The notes below the pieces were generated by a model that saw nothing but the letters and a program-made list of their open reading frames with translations, was not told the origin of the DNA and did no database searches. The position numbers were made by a program, and so were the translations under genes. Below, one piece after another: positions 53,474 through 64,000 of a stretch of 64,000 nt of DNA. Numbering within the stretch: the stretch's first letter is position 1; each line of letters begins with the position of its first letter. Origin of the DNA: Rebecca billardiae RCC1528 (taxonomy: Eukaryota; Protista; Haptophyta); contig OZ251222.1 of assembly GCA_965240325.2 (NCBI GenBank), positions 4,526,001 to 4,590,000 of the forward strand, in the 5' to 3' direction.

Positions 53474-55126
53474 ATGGTCGGGTGGTACCAGTCCGCGTAC
53501 ATCGTCCCCTACGAGCCGCCGGAGACCGCGGAAGCCTGGGACGAGGGCCGAGCTGAGCCAGACTTCAACTCTGCGCTACTCTCGAGGCAGCACGTGCGCG
53601 ACTCGCGCGCGTACGGATACTGGGAGCGGCTCGAGTCGGCGACGGGGCTTTCGAGCTCCGGATCGAGCTCTGAAGACGAGAGCGACACGAGCGAGTCGGA
53701 GGCCTCGTCCCGTGGCGAGGTCTGGCTGCCTGAGAGCGTGCGTTTGCGGCAGGCCATGTATGCGCGGGCGCAGAGTGCTGGCGCGGTGCGGGTGGCTCCG
53801 CCCGCGCATCAGCCCAGCCTGCAGCACGGCGGCGGCGAGCGCGAGGCAACGCGTCTCCCGCGCATTGGTGGCCCGCCCATCCCCCCTGGCGTGCCGCCCT
53901 CGCCAAGCAAGCCGGGCAAGGTCACCGCGAACGTGCAGACGTGGGACGCGGCCGCGCTCAGGCTGCAGGCGCCTGTTCGCCCAAAGTCGGCAACCAGCCC
54001 GCGTGTGAGCGACTCGTCGGGCGACGCCAGTCGGGAGCGGCCGCGCACCGCGGCTCATCGCGACCGCCCGGCCGGGCCCGACAGGCACCCCGCCGGCCGA
54101 CTGCGCCGCAGCCGCACGCTGGAGGCACTCGGACCGGCCGCCGCGCACGCGTCACCCTCGCAGACGGCGGTGCACGCTGTCGACATCAGGTGCGCGCGTG
54201 CTCCGCGATGCGGGCGCGTGGCCACGCGAGCGCCCATTCTGTGCGCCCTGACCACCTGCCCCGCCTCGCTGCGCCCTCGCTCCCCCCGTGCTTGCGCGCG
54301 CAGCCGCGCTCTGCTCGATCGCGTCGCGACGGAGTCTGCGGATGGCGGGCAGGCGGGCGCCGAGGCGGGTCGCAGGGGCCTGGGCGCGGAGCTGTCGCGG
54401 CTGTCGAGCCAGCCGTCGTATGCGGACGGCGGCCGGCGGCGCCCGCTGTCGGGCGGCGGCGCTGGCAACAATCTCGAGCGCCGACGCCAGCTGCTGCTCG
54501 AGCAGCAGCGCCGCCGGGCGAGCCCGCTGCTGCCGCCTGCGCCCGGTGTGCCCCCGCCTGCGCTACCGTCGCAGCTGGCGCCACAGCCCTCGGGCTCCGC
54601 TGGGCAGCGCAGGCCGCCCTCGGCTCCGCGACCGCCCGCTGCTCCGCGCGCGCGGCCCTCGACGGCCGCGCCGCGTCGCGCCAAGACGGCCCCGCGGCCG
54701 GCGCCGAGATGGCTGTACAACCCATTCATGTCGGTGTCGGGCACAGCGCAGCCGGGCGCTACTGAGCCGGCTGCGCCACCCGCGGCGCGGGCTCCGAGGC
54801 AAGCGCAGCGGCCAGCACGGCCCGCGACGGCGCAGCCCGCTCCACGGCCGTCGGACGGCGGCACGCCCGCCGTGAGCTACGCCAAGACCACGCTGCGGCT
54901 CTTCCGACCCGCCGAGCGCATGGGCTCGTTCCTCCAGCCACGCTCCGCGACCGATCTGGGCGTTGCGGCGCGGAGCAACGCGGCCGCTGCGGCCCGTCCA
55001 ACCAGACCTACGTCCGCCGCGGCCGCAGCCACGGCCACGCGCGGCGGGAATCTCCGCGGAGCCGGTCCCGCGCCGCAGCGCTCCGATGCGCAGCACCGCC
55101 CAGCACCTGCGGTCGCGGCGCGTTGA
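53474..55126 (+). CDS. Hypothetical low-complexity protein (probable in-frame intron approx. 54190-54303)
   Basis: Long ORF. GTGCGCGCG..GCGCGCAG intron signature within it. No recognisable domain. Confidence 0.55.
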   Translation: MVGWYQSAYIVPYEPPETAEAWDEGRAEPDFNSALLSRQHVRDSRAYGYWERLESATGLSSSGSSSEDESDTSESEASSRGEVWLPESVRLRQAMYARAQSAGAVRVAPPAHQPSLQHGGGEREATRLPRIGGPPIPPGVPPSPSKPGKVTANVQTWDAAALRLQAPVRPKSATSPRVSDSSGDASRERPRTAAHRDRPAGPDRHPAGRLRRSRTLEALGPAAAHASPSQTAVHAVDIRCARAPRCGRVATRAPILCALTTCPASLRPRSPRACARSRALLDRVATESADGGQAGAEAGRRGLGAELSRLSSQPSYADGGRRRPLSGGGAGNNLERRRQLLLEQQRRRASPLLPPAPGVPPPALPSQLAPQPSGSAGQRRPPSAPRPPAAPRARPSTAAPRRAKTAPRPAPRWLYNPFMSVSGTAQPGATEPAAPPAARAPRQAQRPARPATAQPAPRPSDGGTPAVSYAKTTLRLFRPAERMGSFLQPRSATDLGVAARSNAAAAARPTRPTSAAAAATATRGGNLRGAGPAPQRSDAQHRPAPAVAAR

Positions 55127-55844
55127 CAGGAGCATGGCGAGCCCCGGCACTGGACGACTCTTATTGGCTTAATGATCCGCCGTCGCGCGTGCCGTGCCCG
55201 TAGCCGTAAGGCGTAACGCCTGACGAGTGACGGAGTCGGGACGACTGTCGACTTTGATTTGTCTTTATCAAGTGATGACTGAGTGTTCTGAACCGAGACA
55301 GTGACAGCCTGACTTACTCATTAGTACTCAGGTACATTACCGTGCTGCCACGGTAATGCCAGTAGGTCACGGCCTAGGGGCTTGGCCGTTATTAATTTTA
55401 ATAATATAAAAAAACGTATATATCCATATATCAAATATATTAAATAAAAATAATAGTTTTAAACTCACATACGACACTTACACTGATAGTCAGTATGTAA
55501 TGAGTAAATTACAACGTTCAGTAGTACAGACGCACTCACACTACTGTCAATGTAGTGTGCAACCGGGCCCGGTGGCGGCGTGAGCCGTGGCGCGCAGGCG
55601 CGGGGCCGGGCGCCCCGACCGTCCGCCTGACCCGATATTAGCAGTGCTGCTTTGCACGAATTGCACCTTGCCCGTCTCATTAAAGTACAGTACTGAACGA
55701 ATCTTCCGGCGGCGCTACCATCGGCGACGGCTTCACGGGCGGTGACAGTTGGCGGGCGTCAATCTCGCCTGCCTGAGCTGTGTGCGTCTCTTATTCTTAT
55801 AATAATAGTAAACTGTACGACTTGAGTAGTTTAGTCGTAGTACA

Positions 55845-57491
55845 ATGGCCGCCGCGCCAGGTCGCGCGATGCGCGGGGTTGTTCTGTTCGCGCTGCTCGC
55901 ACGGGCTGGCGGCTCGGCCGAGCCGCCGCCGCGCTTCCTAGTGTCAATCTTTACGCTGGGCTACTACACCGCCGGCTGCAACGAGCTCAAGGTCGAGTGC
56001 CCGTTCCAGTTTTGGATGCAGCGCGCAGATCTGCTCGGCGCGACGCTGCAGCGCGCATCTCGTCGCGCAGCCGCGATCGACGTCTTCGTCAACTGTCGCG
56101 AGGCTGGCGAGCGGCGGACGCGGAGAGGCGTCACCGTGCGCACGCACGGCTCGCTTCCGTCCGAGCTCGAGGCTCTGCGCGCGCCCTTCGTGCACGCGCC
56201 CCTGCCGCCGTATTGGATCATCACGCTCAAGTGGGTCGCGCTCTCGCTCGTGGACGTCGAGTTCGTGGTGAGCCTGGACATGGATATGGAGATGCTACCC
56301 GCTTCGCTGCAGCCGTACGCGGACGAGTTCGCCGCCGACTGGCTCGGATTCTTCGCGCGCATGCGCGCCGCGGGCGTGCGCGCCGCCTCGTTGCCAGACA
56401 ACTCTGCGCCGATGAATACCGGCTTTATGATTCTGCGGCCGGACCTGGAGCTTTACCGGGACGGCGTGGCGCTGCTTCAGCGGGCGGAGGGCGCATTCAA
56501 CCGGACGCACGGCTGGGAGCTCCTCGGCCCGCCACGCGACGTCGTCCCCGCCACCGACTCCTCGTGGCACGGGGGCGCCAACGGCAGGCCCCACCACTCG
56601 CTGGAGCACAACGTGTGGGACTTTGTCGGCGCCGACATTGACCAGGTACTGAGATGACACACGCGCGTGCGGCGCACGCGGCGGTGGCAGCGGAGGGGTG
56701 CATGGGCGGGCGCAGGCGCGTGGACGCTTCACGCTGGTGGGGACGCACCTATGCGGCCGTGCATGCGCGGCGCCGTGCATGCGGGTTTCGGAGTGCGCCC
56801 CGGAGGGCGCGCTCGCTGGCACACACATTCGGCGAGGCGGGCGGGCGTGGGTTGGGCAGACAACTGCTGCACTCGCCACCGCCGCTTGACAAACCTGCCT
56901 GCCCTGGGCCGCGCACCCCGCTGCGCACCGCACGCGCGCGCGCACCGTGCCGTCCAGGGCTTCTTCTTCCACATGCTGCGCGTGCGGCACCAGGTGGGTG
57001 TGGATATTAATCAGATGCCGGAGCTGCCACTCGATGCGTGGCCCCGCGTGGCTGGGCGTGACGGCCCACCCGAGCACCGGTACCGCCTCGGCCACTTCTT
57101 CAACAAGCCATTCGCGCGCTCGGTGCCGCGCCCACCGTGCAGGCAGTACGTCAAGCGCAGGAAGCCGGACAAGGTGAAGCATCAGCTCGCCAAGCAGCTT
57201 GCGTGGAATATCGAGGCGAGCGCGGCGCTCGCCGCGACAAACGATGACGCTGTCGTCGCCGCCGACGTGCGGGCGCGCTGCCTGCGCGCGTGGAACGGTA
57301 CGCGCATGTGCATCCGCTTGCTTATCCATGGGCACGGCATCGAGCCGAGCTTCATCGAGAAGCATGCCACGCTCGACTCGCTGTACCATCCGCGGGAGAT
57401 GCTCGCTGGCCCGAGGCAGCCGGCCGGGCTGCGCCGGAGACCGAACGGCGCAGCCAGGCACCCGGCCTTGCAGGGGGGACAGCATCGCTGA
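55845..57491 (+). CDS. GT-A fold glycosyltransferase, GT8/glycogenin-like (intron 56646-56957)
   Basis: Signal anchor; TLKWVALSL..VVSLDMDM (DxD); NTGFMILRPD; the spliced junction gives WDFVGADIDQ|GFFFH. Confidence 0.85.
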
Positions 57492-57819
57492 CGACCGGAC
57501 TCCATAGTCCATCCTCTGCCAGTCCTACTACGACCATCGACTACGACGTCATGAAGCGGACGCGGATGACCAGCGCGGATTCAAGTCCGTGATGAATAAG
57601 TCAGAGTCTGCTGCTGACGATCACGTCACACGTGACGCGCGACTCCGTGCCGACTCGCGCCCGCGGCCGATCCGCATGGATTGCCGCATGGCGCATCGGC
57701 GGTAGTGGGGTCAGAGCTCCGACTGTTACACTCCCGGATGACACAATAATCTATCCCGAATTAAATCTCGAAATATGATGACGACCTTGTAAATAATAAA
57801 CATATATAATTATATTATA

Positions 57820-59180
57820 TGTGCTGCTGGTGTTATTGGCACAATAATCCGGATTGTGTCCGCTGGCGAGAAGTCGTACGTGGCCATACCTCCTGCCGCC
57901 AATCAGACTTTCACTTTGTCCGCTAGCGTCGTACCAGTACAGGGCGAACCAGTTGGCTCTCATCGAGGTCAACGCACCATCGAACGCGCTTGCTGCAGCC
58001 GCTTGCCTCGGTACCCTGCGCCTCCAGCCGAGCTGGCCCACTGCTGGCGGTGAAGCGCTATACCTGTTCGCGCCTACAGCATCATGGCGGATACAAATAA
58101 TCCGGCCGCCATCATTCTTGCAACGGAGCAATCACCACGAGCGCTCACCATCTTCGCCATCAAGCATCATAAAGGGCCGCCCCACTATTATAACTGTCAG
58201 GTTACCCAGAGCGCGCCGAGCTGAAGATTCATCGTTTTTGTCAAAACTGGGCGCAAGTCAGGTCTTCCTGCCGGCGGATCGCGTGATGGCAGAAGGAGCG
58301 CTGCAGCGGCGCCTTCTCCCCCGGGCGAGCCCGGCGCCAGCGGCGCGGCGCGCGCGCGGCTGCGACCCGGCGCTCGCGCTCGGCCTGTACTGCAGCCGCT
58401 CCGGCCTCGCTGCGCCTCTTGGCTCGCTTGCCCACAGGGCGCCGCTGGGCAGGCCCTGTCATGCGAGTGCCGCGGCCAGTGCACGGGGCTCGAATCACAA
58501 TCTGTTGCAACATCCAACGCGGCGAGGCCGGCGCCGTCGGCGAGTAGGATGGGTTCTTAGGGTGCTGAGGGCCTGCGCGGACCCCAAGAGGCAAGAGGCA
58601 GAGCGCGTCGGAGCGGCTGGGGACGGCGACCCCGTCGCGGGGAATGTCGCAACGCGCTCGCGCACGTAGGCCGTGGGCACGTCGGCACGATGGCGCTGCC
58701 TGACAGTTATAGTGGGTTGACCCTTTACAACTAATACAAGCAGCAGCTTTGATTCATCAATGACTACAAACTCGGTCGTCCAGCAATATTCCAGCTCATC
58801 GATTGGCTTTCGTCTACTCATCTGCTGCAGCCAGGCGACGAAGCTGCAGTATCCGCTCACCAAGGAGGCTCGCCAAAGCTACCGCCTCGTCAGATTCGAT
58901 CTCGGCTTTTCACCCGCACCGGCTGCTTGGCGAGCCAGCCGAGCTCATTTTTCAGCTACGCTGCTTTCAGCTGTGTGCCGCCTGCTTCGCAGCCGCTTTC
59001 GTGCCAACGCGCTCGTCCCTCCGCCTCCCCTATGTCCGCCTTTTGCGATCTTACGGCGTGGCGCGATATCCATCTCGCGCACTCGCCTGACGACGAGAAA
59101 ATCCGCCCAACAAGGAGTGTCTGCATCATGTAAGTATGCGCCTGCCGCATCCAGGCAGTTGGTTGCGTACGCAAGGTCAA

Positions 59181-59182
<2 letters not shown>
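57820..59182. repeat. Decayed low-GC element between TA-rich and (CA)n tracts, interrupted by a MITE
   Basis: Left end shared with 45754; stop-riddled coding-like remnants on the minus strand. Confidence 0.5.
58172..58725. mobile_element. MITE with about 28-bp TIRs and TA flanks
   Basis: AAGGGCCGCCCCACTATTATAACTGTCAGG versus the reverse complement of CCTGACAGTTATAGTGGGTTGACCCTT; TA at 58170-58171 and 58726-58727. Confidence 0.75.
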
Positions 59183-59273
<91 letters not shown>

Positions 59274-59329
59274 CTATACATATATATATATATATATGCT
59301 ATATATATAGCATATATATATAGATATAT
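59183..59329. repeat. (AC)44 microsatellite followed by an interrupted (TA)n tract
   Basis: Direct reading. Confidence 0.98.
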
Positions 59330-59343
59330 CGCCTCGGTTTATT

Positions 59344-61461
59344 ATGACCGCGTTCCGCGGTCCTTTTCCGTAGAACCAACGCAGTTGGGGGCCCGCGGCG
59401 CAGTGGTTGAGAATGAGACCGTGACGTCGTCAATCCGCACGGTCTGGCGTCTGCCTGGCAGTCAGACAGGCCGAGCCGCACCGTCTCGGAGAGTGAGTGA
59501 GAGTCAGACCCGTCCGTCGGACTCGCGGCGCGTGAATGGGCGCGCCGACGGCCAAGGGTGGCACGGGACACCAGCGGACGGGCCGCGCGGGGAAGCGGGG
59601 CGGCGCGCGCGCAGGGCGAGAGGCGCGGACGGGCCGCGCGGGGAAGCGGGGCGGCGCGCGTGCAGGGCGAGAGGCGCCGCGCGGCGCGGGCCGGCGCGTG
59701 CGCGCGCGCGCGCGCACCTGCTAGAGGTGCTCGCGCTGCGCCATGCGCTCGACGAAGGGCCGCTGGTCGCTCAGCCGGCGCGCCTCGGGCCGGCATAGCG
59801 AGAGCGCGCGCCACTGCTGCCCGCCCACGCTGCGCAGCCACGCGCAGACCGAGCGGAGCTCGGGGTGGGACGAAGCGAGTGGCGTGTCGCGCCCGCCGCC
59901 AGGCGCACGCGTGCCCTGCTCCGCACCGCGCCGCCGTGCTCGCCCGCCGCCTGCTCCGCCGCGTCGGCCTCGAGGATGGCGGCGGCCAGCGGCAGGCTGA
60001 GCGGCGCGCGCTCGCCCACCGTAGCTTCGAGGGCCGTCCACACCTGCTCGAGCTGCTGCAGGGCGTGGACAAGGGCAGCGCGCGCGCCCAGCGCATCCGT
60101 GCCGCGTGACGCAGCGCGTCGAGCTCGGCGTCTCGCTTCGCCAGCTCGGCGCCCAGCGCCTCTGCGCGCACGCGTCGAGCTCGGCGTCGCGCTTTGCCAG
60201 CTCGGCGCCCAGCGCCTTCACGCGCACGTGCTCGTGTATCTGCGCGCGCACGGCCTGCGCGCCGCCGCCCATCTGCGCGCGCAGACTCGGACTCGTCGCG
60301 GCTGGCTGCTAGGGAGTGCTAGGGTGCGCGCCGCGTAGTCGATGGCCAAGGCCTGCAGCCAGCGCGCCTGCACCGAGAAAAGAAGGCGCGGCACGCGCGC
60401 TATAACCCAGTCCACGCAGACACGCGAGCGCGTGCTGGAGCGGCGCGCCGGGGCAACCGTCCACGTCGGCCGCGCGGGAGCCGCAGGTACTCTCGCGTGC
60501 CTGCGCGACGCAGCGCGCACGCACAGCGAAACGGGCGCGGGGTAGAATTCAGGAGAGCGCCGCCGCCCGCGCACCACCCCACCGAGAGTGCGCACATGCG
60601 CACGCCACGACATGGCACGACATGGCGCACGAGTCGGACGCAACGCCCGACAGACAGAAGCCTTCGAAAATCCGCGCGCGCCCGCAAACGCGGCCGCGCG
60701 CGCGGGCGGGCGCGCGGGCGTGCGTGCGCCACCCGCGCGGGAGGCGCCCGCGGCCGCGCGGGCGGCGCGCGCGCGGCGCGCGCTCCGCGCGGTCGTCCAC
60801 ACCGATGGCGGTCGATCGAGGGCGACGAGGGCTCGCCCCGTTTTGGAGCGAGCGCGTGCCGCGCGCCCCCTGGCACCCAACTGGGTATGATAATACCCAC
60901 AATTACCCAAAATGACCTTATGCCCCCAACACCGTTAGCGAGCCAATGTACTGATATGATAGACTGAACGAGAGTACCCACAATTACCCAATATACTCCA
61001 GTAGTGAATACGACCCCGACGAAGCCAATATATATCGGTTGGTTACTTCACTGATCCCGTAAGGACGTGCAAAAATAGCCTCAAAGAAGTGGTGGTTGGT
61101 TGGGGGCTGGCCAGGGTAGGGCTGGAGGCTTCGGCCGCCAGTCTGATCACCCGGAGCCCATTATAAAGGGGAATTTAGGAGAAGCTGACGCTTGTATTGG
61201 ACTTGTAACCGTCCTACTTCACACAGAAGTGAACTCTCACGCCCGGCCGTCCACGATTGATTAGGGGAATGTCGTGGACGCGGTTTTTTTCTCCGTGATG
61301 CATCTGTAGAGAGGGTCTCAAAATTCGAAACTCGGTCTCCGCCAGCCCTAAAAATCGGCCCCCGCGTCCCTTTTTCTTGATCAAAGATCTTTTTGAAACG
61401 TGGTTCCGGCCCGCTGGTGCGGGCTCCACGCTGCGCGCTCCGCCCTGCACCGCGGGCCATA
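59344..61461 (-). mobile_element. Helentron-like element, copy C (cargo homologous to copy A)
   Basis: Termini ATGACCGCGTTCCGCGGTCC.. and ..TGCACCGCGGGCCATA. Internal EALGAELAKRDAELDAL and PLASSHPELRSV fragments are shared with 25980-26600. Confidence 0.85.
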
Positions 61462-62163
61462 ACTAGTATACTGGCCGTCGCACTACTCGCAGAATACTTA
61501 TTAACCGTGAGACTGACCCTGATCGCGGGACAGGCTGACAGTCTGAGTCGATCATGTGCAGCAGCGCGCCAGCAGCCTGACGGGCCTGTTCACAGTGTGA
61601 CTCACTGCCTGTTGACTCGATGATCTGTCGTCTCTGCTGTATGATATCGACGGCCATACGGAATAATTAATGATGAGGCGGGCATCATCACTCATCAGCA
61701 GCAGCCTATTATAAATAACTGGCAACTGCGCCGCCCGCCGGATCCATCATCGCCAATCAGCACTTATACTGGATCATCCGCCGCGCACTGCAAAGCCAAA
61801 GTACGACAGACCATCACCGATCAGTTTAACACGACTAGATCGTCGGAGTTATTATATATATATATATATATTATTTATATTATTCCGCCGCATGTTCAAG
61901 TATCGGTTCACGACTGACGACCCGCCGTCGAAATAATGTCGTCTGAGAATCATCATCCGTCGTATAGCAGCTGCTGATCTCAGTGATGCTGATATGCGTC
62001 GTAGTTGTAACTTCGACGACAGACTCGCGGACGAGACACGCGGTCGTCGTCGTCAGAATTTGTTTGTTTGAGTTCGGGACGACCCAACCGAGTCAGCTGT
62101 GGACACGCAATTGCAAAGCGTGTGCAACGCCTCGCCATACTCGCCGGCGGCACCACGATCTCG

Positions 62164-63036
62164 TCAGGAAGGCTCGTCTCCCGTCTCGTCCTCGAAGAGG
62201 TGGGCATCCTGCGATGGCGCGGATCCACCTGCCGCACGCGGGCGTGTCGTGGGCGACATAGCTGTGTTGAACACCCGACCGCCCGCTCTCCACACTTGCC
62301 GCCCGACGGCAGCAAGGCCCTTCGCGACGTCGGCGGCCTCGCGCATCTCCTCACGGAAAGCAGGGTGCACAGCAGCAGCGTACACGTTGAACGCAGCGTT
62401 CAGCGTGGTGAGCACGGCCACGCCCGCGCCCACGGGGCCGCTCGACCACACGACCGTCGCAGCGAAAACGAGCGTGGTCGAGCGCCCCAACTGGGACGCA
62501 AGCCAGCGCGGACGGAGGTTGGCCGATCCGCGCGTCGGCACCTCCGCGGAGACCAACGCCCAGCCGCTCAGGCCGGCATACGTCGCGTGCAGGCACCTGC
62601 ACAGCCGTCCGCTCACCAGGGAGACGAACGCCGTGAGCGGCGCGTACAGCACCAGGATGACGCCGTTCAAAAGGTTGGCGCCGCGTATCGTCTGCAGGAT
62701 GCGCTCGGCGGACATGTCGTTCAGGCTTGATTCGAAGCGTCGGTGGTACGTCTCCAGGATGGTTGTCGCCGAGCCGAGCAGTCTCACGACCTCATCCAGG
62801 CCAACAGACTGTGCCGACTCGCGAGTGACGCCCTCCTCGGAGCCCTCCTGCACCTCCTCCTCCGCTGTCGCCTCCTCGCCGGGCGCAGCCTCCGCGGCCT
62901 CCTCGGGCGCAGGCTGCGCGGTGACCGTATCGGGCTCGCCTTCGTCCACACGCGGGTCTATGCCCACCTCGCTGGCAGCATGCGTAGACGCATGCGACAA
63001 TGCCAGCACGCAGGCGACAGCGAGGGCGGCGCGCAT
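62164..63036 (-). CDS. Membrane protein with signal peptide, COPI-associated/TVP15-like domain
   Basis: MRAALAVACVLAL leader; NLLNGVIL..LVSAE..LGRSTTLVF..NAAFNVYAAAVHPAF. Confidence 0.65.
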   Translation of the reverse strand: MRAALAVACVLALSHASTHAASEVGIDPRVDEGEPDTVTAQPAPEEAAEAAPGEEATAEEEVQEGSEEGVTRESAQSVGLDEVVRLLGSATTILETYHRRFESSLNDMSAERILQTIRGANLLNGVILVLYAPLTAFVSLVSGRLCRCLHATYAGLSGWALVSAEVPTRGSANLRPRWLASQLGRSTTLVFAATVVWSSGPVGAGVAVLTTLNAAFNVYAAAVHPAFREEMREAADVAKGLAAVGRQVWRAGGRVFNTAMSPTTRPRAAGGSAPSQDAHLFEDETGDEPS

Positions 63037-63239
63037 GGCCGCTGGCTGACCGCTGACGTGGATGCGAACGCGCGGGCTGCCCCGCCGCCCCGGCGGCCGG
63101 CGCTGCACAGCGGACAGCGGTGGCAACTGGGTGACCGCGACAGCCTCCGCGCTCGGCGTCTCGCACGAAGCGTCGAGGGGACGACCTCAGTGCGCCGGAC
63201 GCGCGCGCTTCTCCGCCATTTGCGATCGCGCGGATTGGT

Positions 63240-64000
63240 ATGGTGACGGTGCGTGTGCGGCTGGGCCCGATGGCCAGCTGGCATGAGCTGGACTTCGAAG
63301 AGGGCAGCACCGTCGCAGATCTAGACGCCCTCCTTCGGCACGAGTGCGCGGCGTGGATGGGCGAAGAGGGCGTGGACCTCACATTGTGCCACGACGGCCG
63401 CGTTCTGCAGGTCGACGAGCGCTCCCTCCGCGCAGCGGGCCTTCTGGAGACGCCGGTCATCGTGGCGCACTGGCACGTGCACGACATCAAAGCACAGTCC
63501 AGCTGCGCCCCGGACCCCGGGAAGGCGCCCACGTCGTCGGTGGAAGTGGCCGCACCCTCCGCAGGACCCGCGGACCCGGTGGATCCCGAAGACGAAGAAG
63601 ACGCCGACGCGGAGCCCGAGGAGCTCGCGTGCCGGCTGTGCTTTGCAGGCCCCGAGTACGACTCTCTGATCGCGCCGTGCAAGTGCATCGGCTCGATGCG
63701 CCACGTGCACACGAGCTGCCTCAACGAGTGGCGCACGCAGTCGGCCAACCCGCAGAGCTACTTCCGCTGCGACCAGTGCCAGTACGTCTACCTGACCGAG
63801 CGCACGCCCCTCGCAGACTGGCTCGAGTCGCGCTGGCTGCACCGCGTGGTGAGCGCGGTCGTCTTTGTGCTCGCGGTCGCACTGTGCGGGCTGCTCTTCG
63901 GCGGCGTCGAGCGTTGGTTCTACGTGTTGGTTGAGTGGTCGCCGGCCTCGCGCAGGAACCCCTCCTTCGTGCAGGCGCTCGCAGGCCCGCGGCTGGACCG
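63240..64000 (+). CDS. Ubiquitin-like domain + RING-variant (MARCH/RINGv) E3 ligase with TM segment; runs off the window (not in the ORF track)
   Basis: MVTVRVRL..EGSTVADL..DGRVL..SLRAAGL; CRLCF..LIAPCKCIGSMRHVHTSCLNEWR..CDQC; a hydrophobic helix follows. Confidence 0.88.
   Translation, partial: MVTVRVRLGPMASWHELDFEEGSTVADLDALLRHECAAWMGEEGVDLTLCHDGRVLQVDERSLRAAGLLETPVIVAHWHVHDIKAQSSCAPDPGKAPTSSVEVAAPSAGPADPVDPEDEEDADAEPEELACRLCFAGPEYDSLIAPCKCIGSMRHVHTSCLNEWRTQSANPQSYFRCDQCQYVYLTERTPLADWLESRWLHRVVSAVVFVLAVALCGLLFGGVERWFYVLVEWSPASRRNPSFVQALAGPRLD

Noticed and set aside
55390-55465. AT-rich tract as a special element
   Set aside because: No internal structure or second copy; consistent with ordinary intergenic low-complexity DNA.
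58760-59798. ORFs with HT/CV repeats
   Set aside because: Translations of the (AC)n microsatellite.

Overview
Very GC-rich eukaryotic genomic DNA with short, extremely GC-rich spliceosomal introns (GTGCGC...CGCGCAG). Several proteins carry signal/transit-like N-termini. A haptophyte-type alga (Pavlovales-like) is my inference, not something shown by the sequence. About 24 protein genes can be supported: CysRS, a UBA protein, TPGS2, F-box/RCC1/R3H, an FSH1-RWD-Obg(Ygr210-type) GTPase fusion, DNA ligase I, an FCP1-like pseudo-phosphatase, a SIM-bearing RBR E3, MATE, DUF179, DUF6816-like, GT47, GT8-like, a COPI-associated-type membrane protein, UBL-RINGv and several hypotheticals. Most are arranged as tight head-to-head pairs. 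An accessory island (about 12.8-26.8 kb) holds nested non-autonomous transposons: a long-TIR foldback element with a 4-bp TSD, a 7-bp-TSD element inside its TIR, and a TA-MITE interrupted by a Helentron-like element. The island also holds two genes made of near-identical 114-bp EsV-1-7 zinc-finger repeats (C-X4-C-X16-C-X2-H) whose variation is confined to short hypervariable windows and which are followed by NLS-like motifs. This TALE/PRDM9-like architecture is the best candidate for an undescribed programmable recognition system. Three copies of a cargo-swapping Helentron-like family occur in the window. No RNA genes, CRISPR arrays or intact transposases were recognised. All protein calls are from motif recognition by eye; no database searches were run.
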